This document shows, piece by piece, positions 28,991 to 39,055 of a stretch of 64,000 nt of DNA (position 1 is the stretch's first letter; every line of letters starts with the position of its first letter). Origin of the DNA: Oligoflexales bacterium. Lineage in GTDB: Bacteria; Bdellovibrionota_B; Oligoflexia; Oligoflexales; CAIYRB01. Location: contig JBGSUI010000246.1 in the NCBI GenBank assembly GCA_041736175.1, forward strand, positions 44,990-108,989, written 5' to 3'. The notes beneath the pieces were generated by a model, which was not told the DNA's origin, searched no databases, and saw only the letters and a list, made by a program, of their open reading frames with translations. Both the position numbers and the translations under genes were made by a program.

Positions 28991-30244
28991 TCATGGAAAA
29001 TTTTGCTCTTGGTGAAGATGCAGGGGATGATGGCAACTCGGCCCCTTCTCGATGACGACTTCTTGGCCTGTACTCAGATCGGTGAAAACGATGCCACCGG
29101 ACTCCTTCGGACTCGTTCCCACGAGGCTAAGGCCCGAATTACTGAGGGTATTTCGCTTTTTGTCAAAGTTTTCGCTCCAAGAACTGTATAGACTCCCATC
29201 AATGCCTTCCTCATTGACGGAAAGCTCGCCTTTTAGGCGATTGATCTGTTCTTTTCTTTCATCCACAGTGGGGTGGCTATCAATGGGAAAAAAGAAATCC
29301 ATCACAACATCTTCGGGAATTTGTAGCTGGTCGCCTTCCTTTAGGTCTCTAGCAGATCTAATGCGCTGGGTGCTCGGTCGATCCTTCGTCGAGCCTTTTT
29401 GGAGAAAACTCACGATTTTCTTCGAAAATTGATCGGGGCTTAAGCCCATATAGGCGCAGATTTTGGCGCCTACCACATCGGCTTCTGCTTCCTGCCGTTT
29501 ATAATAGGTGCTGATCTCTGGAGTGGATTGGTCCCACTTATCCCGCAGGGACAAGTAGGTTGAGGACCTGTGGGTGTAAACTTTAGTATTCAGATTGTAT
29601 TGCCTTGCCATGTACTGATCGATTTGTCGATTGATTTCAGTTGGGATCAATTCTCGGGATTTTTTAACACTTTTGTAAGCATGGTTGCGGGCACCGTGGG
29701 CCACTTCATGGCAAACCACCGACAAGACTTCGTCAGCCGATCCCTTGGTGATTGTTCCCGTATGCATCCCTATTTGGTAGTCTAACGTCATCAGGGCATT
29801 GAGGGAATTATCGGCGATGACAGTGGCCTTAAACTGCCTGCCAGGCTTTAACGCGCTGAGCTTCATGGACCGATTGGCGACATCCGCTACAAAATTAGCA
29901 AACTCCTGGGAGTTTCGAGCGCTTTTAAGGGCCAATCCACCAGAGACTGCTGCCGAGACTCTAGGCTCTACCAGGGGTTCTAATCCTTCTAAATCTTTCT
30001 TTTTTAGGATGTATTCAGCCAGTTTTGACTCATCAAAGACCTGGGGGGTCGGCTTTGGATCACTGGTTGGATTTTCGTCGCCACCGTCACTTTTAGGGTC
30101 AGCTTTGGGTGAATCGGGAGACTCTTCTTCTGCAGTCTTTCTGATTTCCCTGGACCTAGGGTCATTGGACTTGCTTCCACAGGACAGGAATAGTCCCAAA
30201 AAAATAAAGTAACTTATTGTCATAAATAGTTTTTTTGTGGTCAT
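28991..30244 (-). CDS. M48-family zinc metallopeptidase lipoprotein
   Basis: Lipobox FLSC, HEVAH, QEAEAD and SHPTVDER motifs. Confidence 0.85.
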   Translation of the reverse strand: MTTKKLFMTISYFIFLGLFLSCGSKSNDPRSREIRKTAEEESPDSPKADPKSDGGDENPTSDPKPTPQVFDESKLAEYILKKKDLEGLEPLVEPRVSAAVSGGLALKSARNSQEFANFVADVANRSMKLSALKPGRQFKATVIADNSLNALMTLDYQIGMHTGTITKGSADEVLSVVCHEVAHGARNHAYKSVKKSRELIPTEINRQIDQYMARQYNLNTKVYTHRSSTYLSLRDKWDQSTPEISTYYKRQEAEADVVGAKICAYMGLSPDQFSKKIVSFLQKGSTKDRPSTQRIRSARDLKEGDQLQIPEDVVMDFFFPIDSHPTVDERKEQINRLKGELSVNEEGIDGSLYSSWSENFDKKRNTLSNSGLSLVGTSPKESGGIVFTDLSTGQEVVIEKGPSCHHPLHLHQEQNFP

Positions 30245-30504
30245 AGAGTCCCTTCGTCGAGGCAGGGTTTTTTCTGGGACCTTGTCCCCATGTTTTAAAT
30301 GCAAGAATCACACACGTTCAATTTATATTAAAAGTTATTTATTTCAAGATGTTGCTCAAGGTCCGTAGAAGTCGGGTTGGCTAAAGAATGTACAATGGTG
30401 CAATTCTTTTCAAAAAAAAATATATTTAATATAAAAAAATAATGAATTTAGATTCAAATGATGTTATAAGAAAACTCCAAACGGTTTTTATAGAGGTTGT
30501 TTTT

Positions 30505-31524
30505 ATGACTCGATTTCAAGATAATCAACAGCTCGTGCAACCACCCTCGACCATACTGGCCGCAAAGATCTTTCATTCGATGCGACCGTTGATCGAGGCA
30601 GCCATCGATTTGATGCCCCAAGGGACACGGCCGAGAAAGCTCATGGATGAGTTGGTTTTGTCGGAATTTCAGGTGAAAAATACCCCCCTGAAAAATACCT
30701 ATCAGAACCAGACGCCTATGATGAGAGAGAGTCAACAGCTTTTACTCGCCCAGAAGGCACTGGAAAAAAACGGTCTCTTTAAGAATGGTCAAAAAAATAC
30801 AAAAAGCGATTCCGAAGAGTCGGATACAAACCAAGCTCCAACACCTCAAGCTCCAACGGTCAAAGCTTCCTCAGGACCAGCGCCTAAGCGTGGCCGACCC
30901 AAAAAGCTAAAAGCCTCCACACCACCCGGATTAAAGCGAGGTCGCAAACCGGGCCTCTACACGGTCGGAGACGAGTCCTTGACCCTCTCTGAATGGGTCG
31001 AAAGAACAGGCGTAGGATATGCGACCTTACTCAAAAGACTCAAAGAAGGTGTCCCACTCGATGCACCAAAGGCAAAGGTTGGACGCAAACCTCTTTTAAA
31101 ATCTGTACTGAATGAAACACCACTCTTTGGAGACACCGCAGGCGAAGAGTCCCCCGATCTTGCCTTTATGAGTACCAAGGCTAGTGAATCAACCCTTGAG
31201 GGCCAGAGTCCCTTGTTAGTCCCGACGCCTTCACGGGGCAGACCGCCAAAATACCCACCGCTCACCTGGCGCGGGGAGACCAAATCCCTTAAAGCTTGGT
31301 CCGACGAGACGGGGATCAGCGTAGCGACAATCATGGCCCGGATTGGTCGAGGGTGGACTTCTGAAATGACGCTTTCCATGGCCCCCTTAAAAAGAGGCCG
31401 TCGAGGACCAAAAAGGATCAAGCCTGTCCTTAATTCTCGGACCTATTTTGCTCCCCATAAGTCTGAGGCAGATGAAAAACCCAAAGTTATTTTGCGACGT
31501 AAAGTGGATATAGAGCTGGGATAG
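30505..31524 (+). CDS. Putative DNA-binding protein with several AT-hooks and two HTH-like repeats
   Basis: KRGRPKK, KRGRKP, KVGRKP, RGRPPK and KRGRRGP motifs. Two related modules: ESLTLSEWVERTGVGYATLLKRLKEG and ETKSLKAWSDETGISVATIMARIGRGW. GAGG RBS before 30505; alternative start at 30442. Confidence 0.75.
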   Translation: MTRFQDNQQLVQPPSTILAAKIFHSMRPLIEAAIDLMPQGTRPRKLMDELVLSEFQVKNTPLKNTYQNQTPMMRESQQLLLAQKALEKNGLFKNGQKNTKSDSEESDTNQAPTPQAPTVKASSGPAPKRGRPKKLKASTPPGLKRGRKPGLYTVGDESLTLSEWVERTGVGYATLLKRLKEGVPLDAPKAKVGRKPLLKSVLNETPLFGDTAGEESPDLAFMSTKASESTLEGQSPLLVPTPSRGRPPKYPPLTWRGETKSLKAWSDETGISVATIMARIGRGWTSEMTLSMAPLKRGRRGPKRIKPVLNSRTYFAPHKSEADEKPKVILRRKVDIELG

Positions 31525-31539
31525 TAAACAAAAAATAAA

Positions 31540-32700
31540 TTATTTTTTGTCCTTGTTGGCACTGTTCTTAACAGCATTTTGATATCCGGATGCTTGTTTA
31601 AGTTTTATGTTAAGTTCGTTTTTGGGGTTTTGATCGTCCAGAAAAGGATTGACCCAGTTCATCGCCGAAGGTGGGGCTGTTAAAAAAGATGAGCCTTGAT
31701 TGGCTGTAGCTCCAGGTGAAACCGTGGAAGAAGTCTCTTCTGGGGCGAGGGCAAAGCTGGTCTCTGGCTCCAACGTAGCACTTACGGCGACAGCTTCGGG
31801 GGGCTGTAGAGGCTTTGTCTTGTCGGAGACCAGGGTGGCATGATGAACCTGATTTTCTTGATCTATAGGTTTCTGTTTTGGTCCGCTTGCTTTGGTTTTG
31901 TCATCTTCATGATGATCTCTGCGGGCAGAATTTTGTAGGGATTCTTGGAAATTTTTTGCTTTTCCTCGCTTATCCGCTAGTTTTTCCGAGGCTTTTGATC
32001 CCGAGTCTTCGCCTCTTGCAATGTCTAAATCCAGACTTGCCAGAACGCTCCCAAAAGCAACTTCGGCACGAGACTCTGGCCTAACGTCTTTCTCGGGCTT
32101 GGATTCTTTGGTCTGGTGAACCAGCAGGTGCTGAAATCTTTGAAACAGGTACAGGCCACCGGCGGCTGCAAAAAACCCGACGGGGATAAGCCAAACCCAG
32201 ATTGTAGAGCCTTCAGACTCCCCTTCGTCGAAGGAGAGTTCCCCGTCCTGATTGTTTTCGATTTTATGTTTAGACTTGGATGGCTTCTCAGCCTTGGCTT
32301 TTTTTGTGGTTTCGGCACCGGGCTTTGCTCCAAGCCCCGAAGGCTTATTTGCGGGGGGTTTCGGATCCACCTTAAGAGGTTTTGCGGACGGAGTTGGGAG
32401 CTTGGCGGAGCTAGGTGGTAGTTTGGTATCTGATTTCAAATTTTTTGGTGCGGGCGGAGATTTTTTACTTGGAGACTGGGTTTTTGCGGGGAGCTTTTTC
32501 GAGGGCTTTTTAATGGATTGCGAACCCGACGGGCTTTTAATTGGCTTTGTAACGGCAGAACTTTTGGAGTTTACTCCCTTAGCTCCTTGAGATTGGGCGA
32601 GTGCTCCCGAATCATTTAAGGCAAAGTTTAAAAAGATAAAAGACAAAAGGATTGTAACTCCCTTTTCTTTAATCCAAGTATTTGAAAAATGTAAGGTCAT
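31540..32700 (-). CDS. Low-complexity Lys/Pro/Ser-rich membrane protein
   Basis: Signal peptide, K/P/S-rich region and one TM (IWVWLIPVGFFAAAGGLYLF). Confidence 0.7.
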   Translation of the reverse strand: MTLHFSNTWIKEKGVTILLSFIFLNFALNDSGALAQSQGAKGVNSKSSAVTKPIKSPSGSQSIKKPSKKLPAKTQSPSKKSPPAPKNLKSDTKLPPSSAKLPTPSAKPLKVDPKPPANKPSGLGAKPGAETTKKAKAEKPSKSKHKIENNQDGELSFDEGESEGSTIWVWLIPVGFFAAAGGLYLFQRFQHLLVHQTKESKPEKDVRPESRAEVAFGSVLASLDLDIARGEDSGSKASEKLADKRGKAKNFQESLQNSARRDHHEDDKTKASGPKQKPIDQENQVHHATLVSDKTKPLQPPEAVAVSATLEPETSFALAPEETSSTVSPGATANQGSSFLTAPPSAMNWVNPFLDDQNPKNELNIKLKQASGYQNAVKNSANKDKK

Positions 32701-32746
32701 TTAGCAACGTCCAAAATGCAAATAGAATCTCTACACCCTTTCCTAG

Positions 32747-32774
32747 TCATCGGTTGGAGCCGAAAAAAAATTAA
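32747..32774 (-). promoter_or_regulatory. Possible sigma-28 (FliA) promoter
   Basis: On the reverse strand, TTAATTTT-N12-ACCGATGA upstream of the ORF starting at 32700. Confidence 0.4.
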
Positions 32775-32862
32775 GGATTTACTTCTCTTTGAATCTTGTA
32801 GTCTATTAACTATATGAATTTATGGGTAATTATCCATACTAAGTGCGTCCCAGTGGGAGGGT

Positions 32863-33885
32863 TTAATTGGTCGGACCGACACTGAGGATTGGCCCCATTT
32901 TATCTTGGCAGACTAACCTCACTTCGACAGCTTCCTTAAGGTCATTCAGGATATTGGCTTGGAGGCATCTAGAAAAAGCGCCCCCTTGGGTTTTGCACTC
33001 ATAGCGGCGATCATCAAGGGCGCAGTCTGACTCTCTCACCGGAAAGAGATAAAAGCGGCTTGATTGATCCTTTAAATAGGTGAGTTTTAAAAACTCGTAA
33101 TCTTCGGTGACCGCATCGATAGCAACAACCAATCTCGGCCCGATGGTGTCTTTGCAACGAGCTTCGAATTCTACACTTTGGCGGCCAAGGGACTGGGACT
33201 CAGGGGCAAGCGTTAAGGACTGATTAGTATTGCAGAGTGTCCAAGGGTTGTTTGTGGAGGGGCTTCCAAATCGACAAAAAACCACCACATCAGCGGGACA
33301 GCTTTTGGGATCCTTTACTTGAAAAGTAAAGTCGGTTTTTAATTTCTGTTTTAAGATGATCGGTTGGTTAGGAAAAAGTAAATCGTGAGTATCCTGTTTG
33401 ACGGATAATAGCTTGAGAGAAAGTGGATTCTCTGCCTCACTCATCATATCAGCAACAGGGCCGCTGGTTTTGAGGTCATCGACTTTAAAGCTTGCGGAGA
33501 CTCCCTGGGCCACGATTTTAGCTTCCATGAGAGCAAATACTTTAAGCTGGTATTCCCCCACTTGGGATGGGGTTTTAAGGATCAAACCATCGACACAGCC
33601 ATCTATGGGTTGTCCAGAAAGATCACATTCAAACCGAGATAGAGCCGGCGCATTTTTGATTTGTAAAACCAGAGATCCGACACCCGAGATGATAGGCAAC
33701 TTAGAGGGCGTTAGAATAACCTCAAGCAAAGGCAAATCGCCAATCTTCGCCATGACCTCTTGAGATTCTCTTATTTCGATAGTCGCTGCTGCTGGCTGTT
33801 TATCTGATTTTTTTTGAAAGATTTCGCAGCCAATTCCCACCAAAAACAAGGGAGTCAATATTAGAGTTTGATATTTGCGTTTCAT
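32863..33885 (-). CDS. Hypothetical Cys-rich lipoprotein
   Basis: Lipobox GIGC and repeated Cys-containing Ig-like segments. Confidence 0.7.
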   Translation of the reverse strand: MKRKYQTLILTPLFLVGIGCEIFQKKSDKQPAAATIEIRESQEVMAKIGDLPLLEVILTPSKLPIISGVGSLVLQIKNAPALSRFECDLSGQPIDGCVDGLILKTPSQVGEYQLKVFALMEAKIVAQGVSASFKVDDLKTSGPVADMMSEAENPLSLKLLSVKQDTHDLLFPNQPIILKQKLKTDFTFQVKDPKSCPADVVVFCRFGSPSTNNPWTLCNTNQSLTLAPESQSLGRQSVEFEARCKDTIGPRLVVAIDAVTEDYEFLKLTYLKDQSSRFYLFPVRESDCALDDRRYECKTQGGAFSRCLQANILNDLKEAVEVRLVCQDKMGPILSVGPTN

Positions 33886-33895
33886 ATCGGTGTTC

Positions 33896-35479
33896 CTATT
33901 GGTTTTGAGAATCTAAAGTCAGCAGCCCGTATCCTTGAAATTGAGTGTCGGGGACCTTAACAATCGACCCACGTGGTACGGGGACTCTGTCACGATGCAT
34001 GTGTGATGACAGGTCTAGGTTGAGTTCTCTAAACTGGGATGAGGTCACGCTAAACTGATTTTTTAGGGTGCTGGCATAGGTTGGCTGGGCGAGTCGAATA
34101 CTTCTATAGGTCAGGGGAGCTACCTTGGGAAGGGAGGGAAAGTATCGATCCTTATCCTTGAGAGTCGCCAGCATTCCTAAAAAACTTGCATAGAAATTTT
34201 TAGAGGCAAACCCAAAAGCTGGCCGCTTGTAAGTGGTGATCAGTGTCGACAGGTCTTCAGAACCCGTGGATCGGACTGCCCTCTGGATACCTCCTGCTCC
34301 GTGATTATATGCGGTGATCGCAAGAGGCCAAGATCTAGTCACCCGAAAGTTTTCTTTTAAAATCATAGCGGCAACCCTGCCAGCTTTGATGGGGTCATTT
34401 CGCTCGTCGATACCACCTCCAATCTTAAGACCAAATTGCCGGCCCGTTTCTGGCATGATTTGGTAGGCGCCCGAGGCTCCTACTTTGGAATAGGCTCTGG
34501 TATTAAAAGAAGACTCTATAAAGGCAATCCGCGACAACTCCACAGGGATGTTTAGCGCCTCAAATTCCAGCTCAATCCCAGGGAGATATTTGGGAGCCGT
34601 ATGGAGACCTCTCTCGATGTAGTCTCTTTGTCCTTTTTGGAGACGAATCCTTTGAGCTGCTTTTAGATATTTATCTGGGTCCTTGATATGAGACATGGCC
34701 TGTGCGATCCGGTCCATGGCGTAGGAAAAGGACTCCGGACGATTTCGTTGTTTATGCATTTTCTGGAGCAAATGTACATATATTTTCTTGTGGTTTCCTG
34801 AGATTTTTTTAATCATATTTTCTTTGACATAGGAATCAAATTTGTCTGGTGCTTGCGACACATCAAACACTGCCAATACAACCTCAGGCCACTCCGAAAG
34901 GTGGAGGACATACTGATGGGATCCCCAGGTGGAGTAGATACGGCGCCAAAAATTAAAGCGACGAGCGAGCGTTGGACTTACTGTGAAATGATCGGTGATC
35001 GTCACGGGTAATTGTTCCCGACGTTGGGCTTCGGGACTACAAAATTGATATTGGGTTGATACATATCCAGAACGATTAATCTCTATAGGAAAACACTCGG
35101 GTGCGCGTCTAATCAGGGAGGTCTGAATCTCAAAAGCCAAGGAGTCTTTTTCGATAAGTGCAACCGAGGTTTCGAATTGTGCTTTCTTTAACATTCTTTT
35201 AGCCATGAGCTGCAATTTAGGCGCAAAAAATAGAATGCACAGCAGAAACGTCGAAAAAATAAGAAAAATCACGGGACCTATCCCCCCCTGGTGCCTTTGT
35301 GGTGTAGGAGATTTGAGGATGTAGATGTTTTTTCTTACTTTCAAAGTCTTTAGCCTTTTGTCGGAACCAGCAATGTAGGAGGCAGCGGCAGCGCGAACGG
35401 GACTTCGCAAGAGAGAAGCAAGCAAAGACCATGCCCTGGGGTAGTATCTGCAAAAATCCAAATGATTGCGGGGACTCAT
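33896..35479 (-). CDS. Lytic transglycosylase (SLT domain, MltD-like)
   Basis: IAFIESSFN, SKVGASGAYQIMP and AITAYNHG motifs. Start codon uncertain. Confidence 0.9.
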   Translation of the reverse strand: MSPRNHLDFCRYYPRAWSLLASLLRSPVRAAAASYIAGSDKRLKTLKVRKNIYILKSPTPQRHQGGIGPVIFLIFSTFLLCILFFAPKLQLMAKRMLKKAQFETSVALIEKDSLAFEIQTSLIRRAPECFPIEINRSGYVSTQYQFCSPEAQRREQLPVTITDHFTVSPTLARRFNFWRRIYSTWGSHQYVLHLSEWPEVVLAVFDVSQAPDKFDSYVKENMIKKISGNHKKIYVHLLQKMHKQRNRPESFSYAMDRIAQAMSHIKDPDKYLKAAQRIRLQKGQRDYIERGLHTAPKYLPGIELEFEALNIPVELSRIAFIESSFNTRAYSKVGASGAYQIMPETGRQFGLKIGGGIDERNDPIKAGRVAAMILKENFRVTRSWPLAITAYNHGAGGIQRAVRSTGSEDLSTLITTYKRPAFGFASKNFYASFLGMLATLKDKDRYFPSLPKVAPLTYRSIRLAQPTYASTLKNQFSVTSSQFRELNLDLSSHMHRDRVPVPRGSIVKVPDTQFQGYGLLTLDSQNQ

Positions 35480-35667
35480 GCTCCAAACAGGATACAGCTT
35501 TAAACCTGGATAGCGATTATTGGCTACAGGTGTCTAAATATTCGACACCGATGATGACCATGTTATGGTCAGTGGGGAGGTGACAATAATTTGACCATCT
35601 TTCTCAGACTTGAGGTTGGGATTATCATTTAATTGACGGCTCGTCTCATTCAAGAGAGTGATCAAAA

Positions 35668-36669
35668 ATGGCTACAAACAAATACTCCGGAGCCCAAAAA
35701 GCAGCGATCCTGTTGTTATCTTTTGGCGAAGATATAGCTGCTGAAATTTTCAAGAACATGTCCGAATTCGAAATCAAACGGATCGGTTCGGCCATGTCAC
35801 GCCTGGGTAGGCTTGAGCAAGAAATCGTCGACGAAATCATGTTAGAATTCTACGAAATATTGCAGCAGAATAAAAAGTTCTTTTATGGTGGCAACGACTA
35901 CACCATGAAGGTAATTGGGAGTGCTTTTAAGGGTGGCGATGCCGATGAGCTGATCGATCAACTCGCACTCGGCTCTGCGGCTAATCTTGATTCCCTCGAG
36001 CTAATCGATCCCCGAACTTTAGCAACCTTTATCCGCAACGAACACCCCCAAACCATTGCGTTGATCTTAGCCCATCTTGACGCTAAAAAATGTGGCGAAA
36101 CTCTCAAACTACTCCCCGAAGGCCTGCATACCGAAATCCTCCTGAGGATCGCCAATCTAGATGCTGTAGCCCCTGAAATCATCGACGAAATAGATGATGT
36201 CTTAAGAAACGAAATCCAAGCAATGGGGTCCATCCATACACAGAAAATCGGTGGAGTCGAGCCTATTGCTGAGATGCTTAACTTGATCGATAAGGCAACC
36301 GAAGAACAAATCCTCGATAATCTCGAAGAAAGAGACCCAGATCTTGCCGAACAGATCCGCCAGCTCATGTTTACCTTCGACGATATCGTCAAAATCGATG
36401 ATCGCGGCATCCAGGAGCTGATTAAAAACGTCAACAACGAAAAATGGAAGGTCGCCCTTAAGACTGCCTCTGAAACAGTCCGTGAGTTGGTGTTTAAAAA
36501 TATGTCAGAACGTGCCGCAAAAATGCTCCGCGAAGATATGGAGGCCATGGCCGCTGTAAAACTTTCGGATGTAGAATCGGTCCAGTTTGAAGTAGTCCAA
36601 GTCGCTAGAAAGCTTGAAGAAGAAGGTAAGATTATCATCGCCAGTGGCGGTGAAACGGCTTACGTATAA
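35668..36669 (+). CDS. fliG: Flagellar motor switch protein FliG (not in a flagellar cluster)
   Basis: QKAAILLLS, NEHPQTIALIL, GG hinge, MFTFDD and NMSERAA motifs. Confidence 0.96.
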   Translation: MATNKYSGAQKAAILLLSFGEDIAAEIFKNMSEFEIKRIGSAMSRLGRLEQEIVDEIMLEFYEILQQNKKFFYGGNDYTMKVIGSAFKGGDADELIDQLALGSAANLDSLELIDPRTLATFIRNEHPQTIALILAHLDAKKCGETLKLLPEGLHTEILLRIANLDAVAPEIIDEIDDVLRNEIQAMGSIHTQKIGGVEPIAEMLNLIDKATEEQILDNLEERDPDLAEQIRQLMFTFDDIVKIDDRGIQELIKNVNNEKWKVALKTASETVRELVFKNMSERAAKMLREDMEAMAAVKLSDVESVQFEVVQVARKLEEEGKIIIASGGETAYV

Positions 36670-36834
36670 GCTACAAAGAGCGGTAGTATTGTGGTCGACT
36701 GACGGGCAAATGATTTAAAGTTTTTTATTTACACACAAAAAACCATCTAGTATTCGATCTTTAAAAAAATTTTTTAAGATTACTATATTATTTTTATCAA
36801 CCCTCCCGATAGGACTACTAAGGGAGGGTCTGGT

Positions 36835-38829
36835 ATGCTGCTAAAACATAAAAAAATAAACAACAAATACAAACTATTAAATAGTCGGTGGAATCTGTCG
36901 TGTCGCACGGCAGCTCTAGTTGTAGTCCTTGCGCTCCTGCCGGTCCCCGCCATAGCCTTAACTGGTCAAATAGGTCAAACGACCTCTGGTGGCCAATTTG
37001 TGACCGAAACCAGCAAAAATCTTAACAACCTACCGGCCTTCCGCTTTACCGATCCACAAGCCAGACTGTTTTCAGGTGACGAACGGATCGCGATTTCGCC
37101 CTTTGGTCGATCTCACAGTGGATGGTCGCTCGTTGGTAACGAAGCTCAGGACCTGATGAGAGGTACTATAGATATATCGACTTATTTAAAGCGCAAGGCT
37201 ATCAATCTCCTTGGCACAATCCCCCTAGGGCTGGCCGAGACTGCTATCGATCCAAACACGAGACGATTTGAATACCAAGCAGAAGGAGTAGCCCTCTGCC
37301 AGTATCAGGTGAAAGCACACCAGTTTGCAAACGGTGAGTTTATCGTGATGGGATCCGTTCCTCAGGTCTTGAGTGGTTCTACAGTGTCCCCCCAGGATTG
37401 GCCGACATTGGACGAAACAGTGTTAGAAACCACGATCCTTCTCCAAAGCCAGGTGGGCGGTGAGGTCGTGGGTACCCCTCGTTCTCCGGTTCGTTGTTAT
37501 ATTGTAGTCGATGGTTCTCTGGTCCCGGCTTGGAAGTTTTATATCGATCGTAAGCATGGATCAACCGACGATATAGCGATGCCCGAACTGGTCATAGCGA
37601 ATCCCCAAGCTATTTATGAGCATAGCCCGGCTTATTTTGATGTATCTGGTAAGGCGCTTGTTTACCCCTTTAATCCAGTCAAAACACCGACGATGGTTGA
37701 TACGGAAATCAAAAATCTCGTAGGAGATGGATATTTGACCACGGATACTTTGACGACGACGGCGTCGGCCCCCAATAAAAGAGCAAAGGCTGCTGATAAC
37801 GTCTTTAACTTTAATGTCGGATCAGCAGAATTTGGTGAGGTTTCGAGTTTTGTCAATGCTTCTAAACACCTTGCGTTTTTGCAAGATCTTGGCTTTGAGT
37901 GGTACGGTCCAAAACCCCTTAAAGTGTCCACTTCCGTTGCTGGGTTAACCAACAATGCGCGATTTGTGCCCAGCTTCAGCGAGGGAACCTCGGGACAAGT
38001 GGATATTGGAGCCGGTGATGGAGCCGTCCTAAAAGGCTTGGAGCTGGACTCCGATGTGGTTTCCCATGAAGTAGGCCACTTTGTCGTCTATCGGTCGATC
38101 ACCAAGACCACGGGAGAATCTCTGGTACTCCACGAGGGCCTTGCGGACTATTTTACCTTTGCACGTTCTAATGACGCCTGTCTCGGCGAGTCTATCTGTC
38201 CAGCGGGTGGCCAAGCTTGTATTAAACCCGGCGCTTGTTTAAGAAGCGGAGACAATAGCTATAAAGTTGACGACTCCCTATGGAAGCAATGGGGGCAAGG
38301 AAAAGGTCTTTTGACTCATCTCCATAGCCAGGTGATTTCGGGAATGCTTTGGAGTCTGCGGGAAAAAGAGATTCCAGGTAACATTCTTGACAAGATGGTC
38401 ATAGCTGCTATTGGCTACCTTCCCAATGATGCGGATTTTTCTAATTTTTTATTGGGCCTAGCCAATGCCGACAAGGCCCTCGCTGCGGGGGCTTATTATC
38501 CTAAGATCGAAGCTGCCGCCAAAGAAAGAAACCTCGGCAACAGGCTCCCTGCAGTATCAGAGACTGGGTCTTTTTCCAAAAATACAGCAAAAGATTCTAC
38601 CACTGGAACGGTCACTAAGGAACAAGCCTCAGGACAGACAGAGCCGGGGGCGACCCCAGTCCCAGGTAAGACCACGACCCGCAGCGGCGGAGGTGGTGGG
38701 CCCTGTGGAGTGATCGAGGGTCGCAGTCAGCAAGACACGGGACTAAAAATCAATGCTTCTTACGCGCTCTTATTGGTGCTGCCGCTAGGTTTGGTGTTTG
38801 TAAAGCGGCGTCGAGAGTGTCGGAATTGA
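36835..38829 (+). CDS. Secreted M4/M36-type (gluzincin) metallopeptidase with a C-terminal sorting-like signal
   Basis: DVVSHEVGH and LHEGLADYF motifs, propeptide-like N-terminus, C-terminal GGGGGPCG followed by a TM and KRRR. Confidence 0.85.
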   Translation: MLLKHKKINNKYKLLNSRWNLSCRTAALVVVLALLPVPAIALTGQIGQTTSGGQFVTETSKNLNNLPAFRFTDPQARLFSGDERIAISPFGRSHSGWSLVGNEAQDLMRGTIDISTYLKRKAINLLGTIPLGLAETAIDPNTRRFEYQAEGVALCQYQVKAHQFANGEFIVMGSVPQVLSGSTVSPQDWPTLDETVLETTILLQSQVGGEVVGTPRSPVRCYIVVDGSLVPAWKFYIDRKHGSTDDIAMPELVIANPQAIYEHSPAYFDVSGKALVYPFNPVKTPTMVDTEIKNLVGDGYLTTDTLTTTASAPNKRAKAADNVFNFNVGSAEFGEVSSFVNASKHLAFLQDLGFEWYGPKPLKVSTSVAGLTNNARFVPSFSEGTSGQVDIGAGDGAVLKGLELDSDVVSHEVGHFVVYRSITKTTGESLVLHEGLADYFTFARSNDACLGESICPAGGQACIKPGACLRSGDNSYKVDDSLWKQWGQGKGLLTHLHSQVISGMLWSLREKEIPGNILDKMVIAAIGYLPNDADFSNFLLGLANADKALAAGAYYPKIEAAAKERNLGNRLPAVSETGSFSKNTAKDSTTGTVTKEQASGQTEPGATPVPGKTTTRSGGGGGPCGVIEGRSQQDTGLKINASYALLLVLPLGLVFVKRRRECRN

Positions 38830-39055
38830 TTTGTAACACTACGAAAATATTGTTTTATTAAATTTAAATCGCACGATGATCCATCGGTGGTTAATAAAAC
38901 ACCAACTGATAGTTGTTTATAAGTCAAAGAAAATACGGACAAATACTTAGGCACGTTAAGTCCACCTAGCGAAGGCTCCGAGCAACTCCTTGGTACGAGG
39001 GAGCGCCGGGACCATTTGGGGTTACCCATAAAATTCGCAAAAAGGGGGACAAGCT

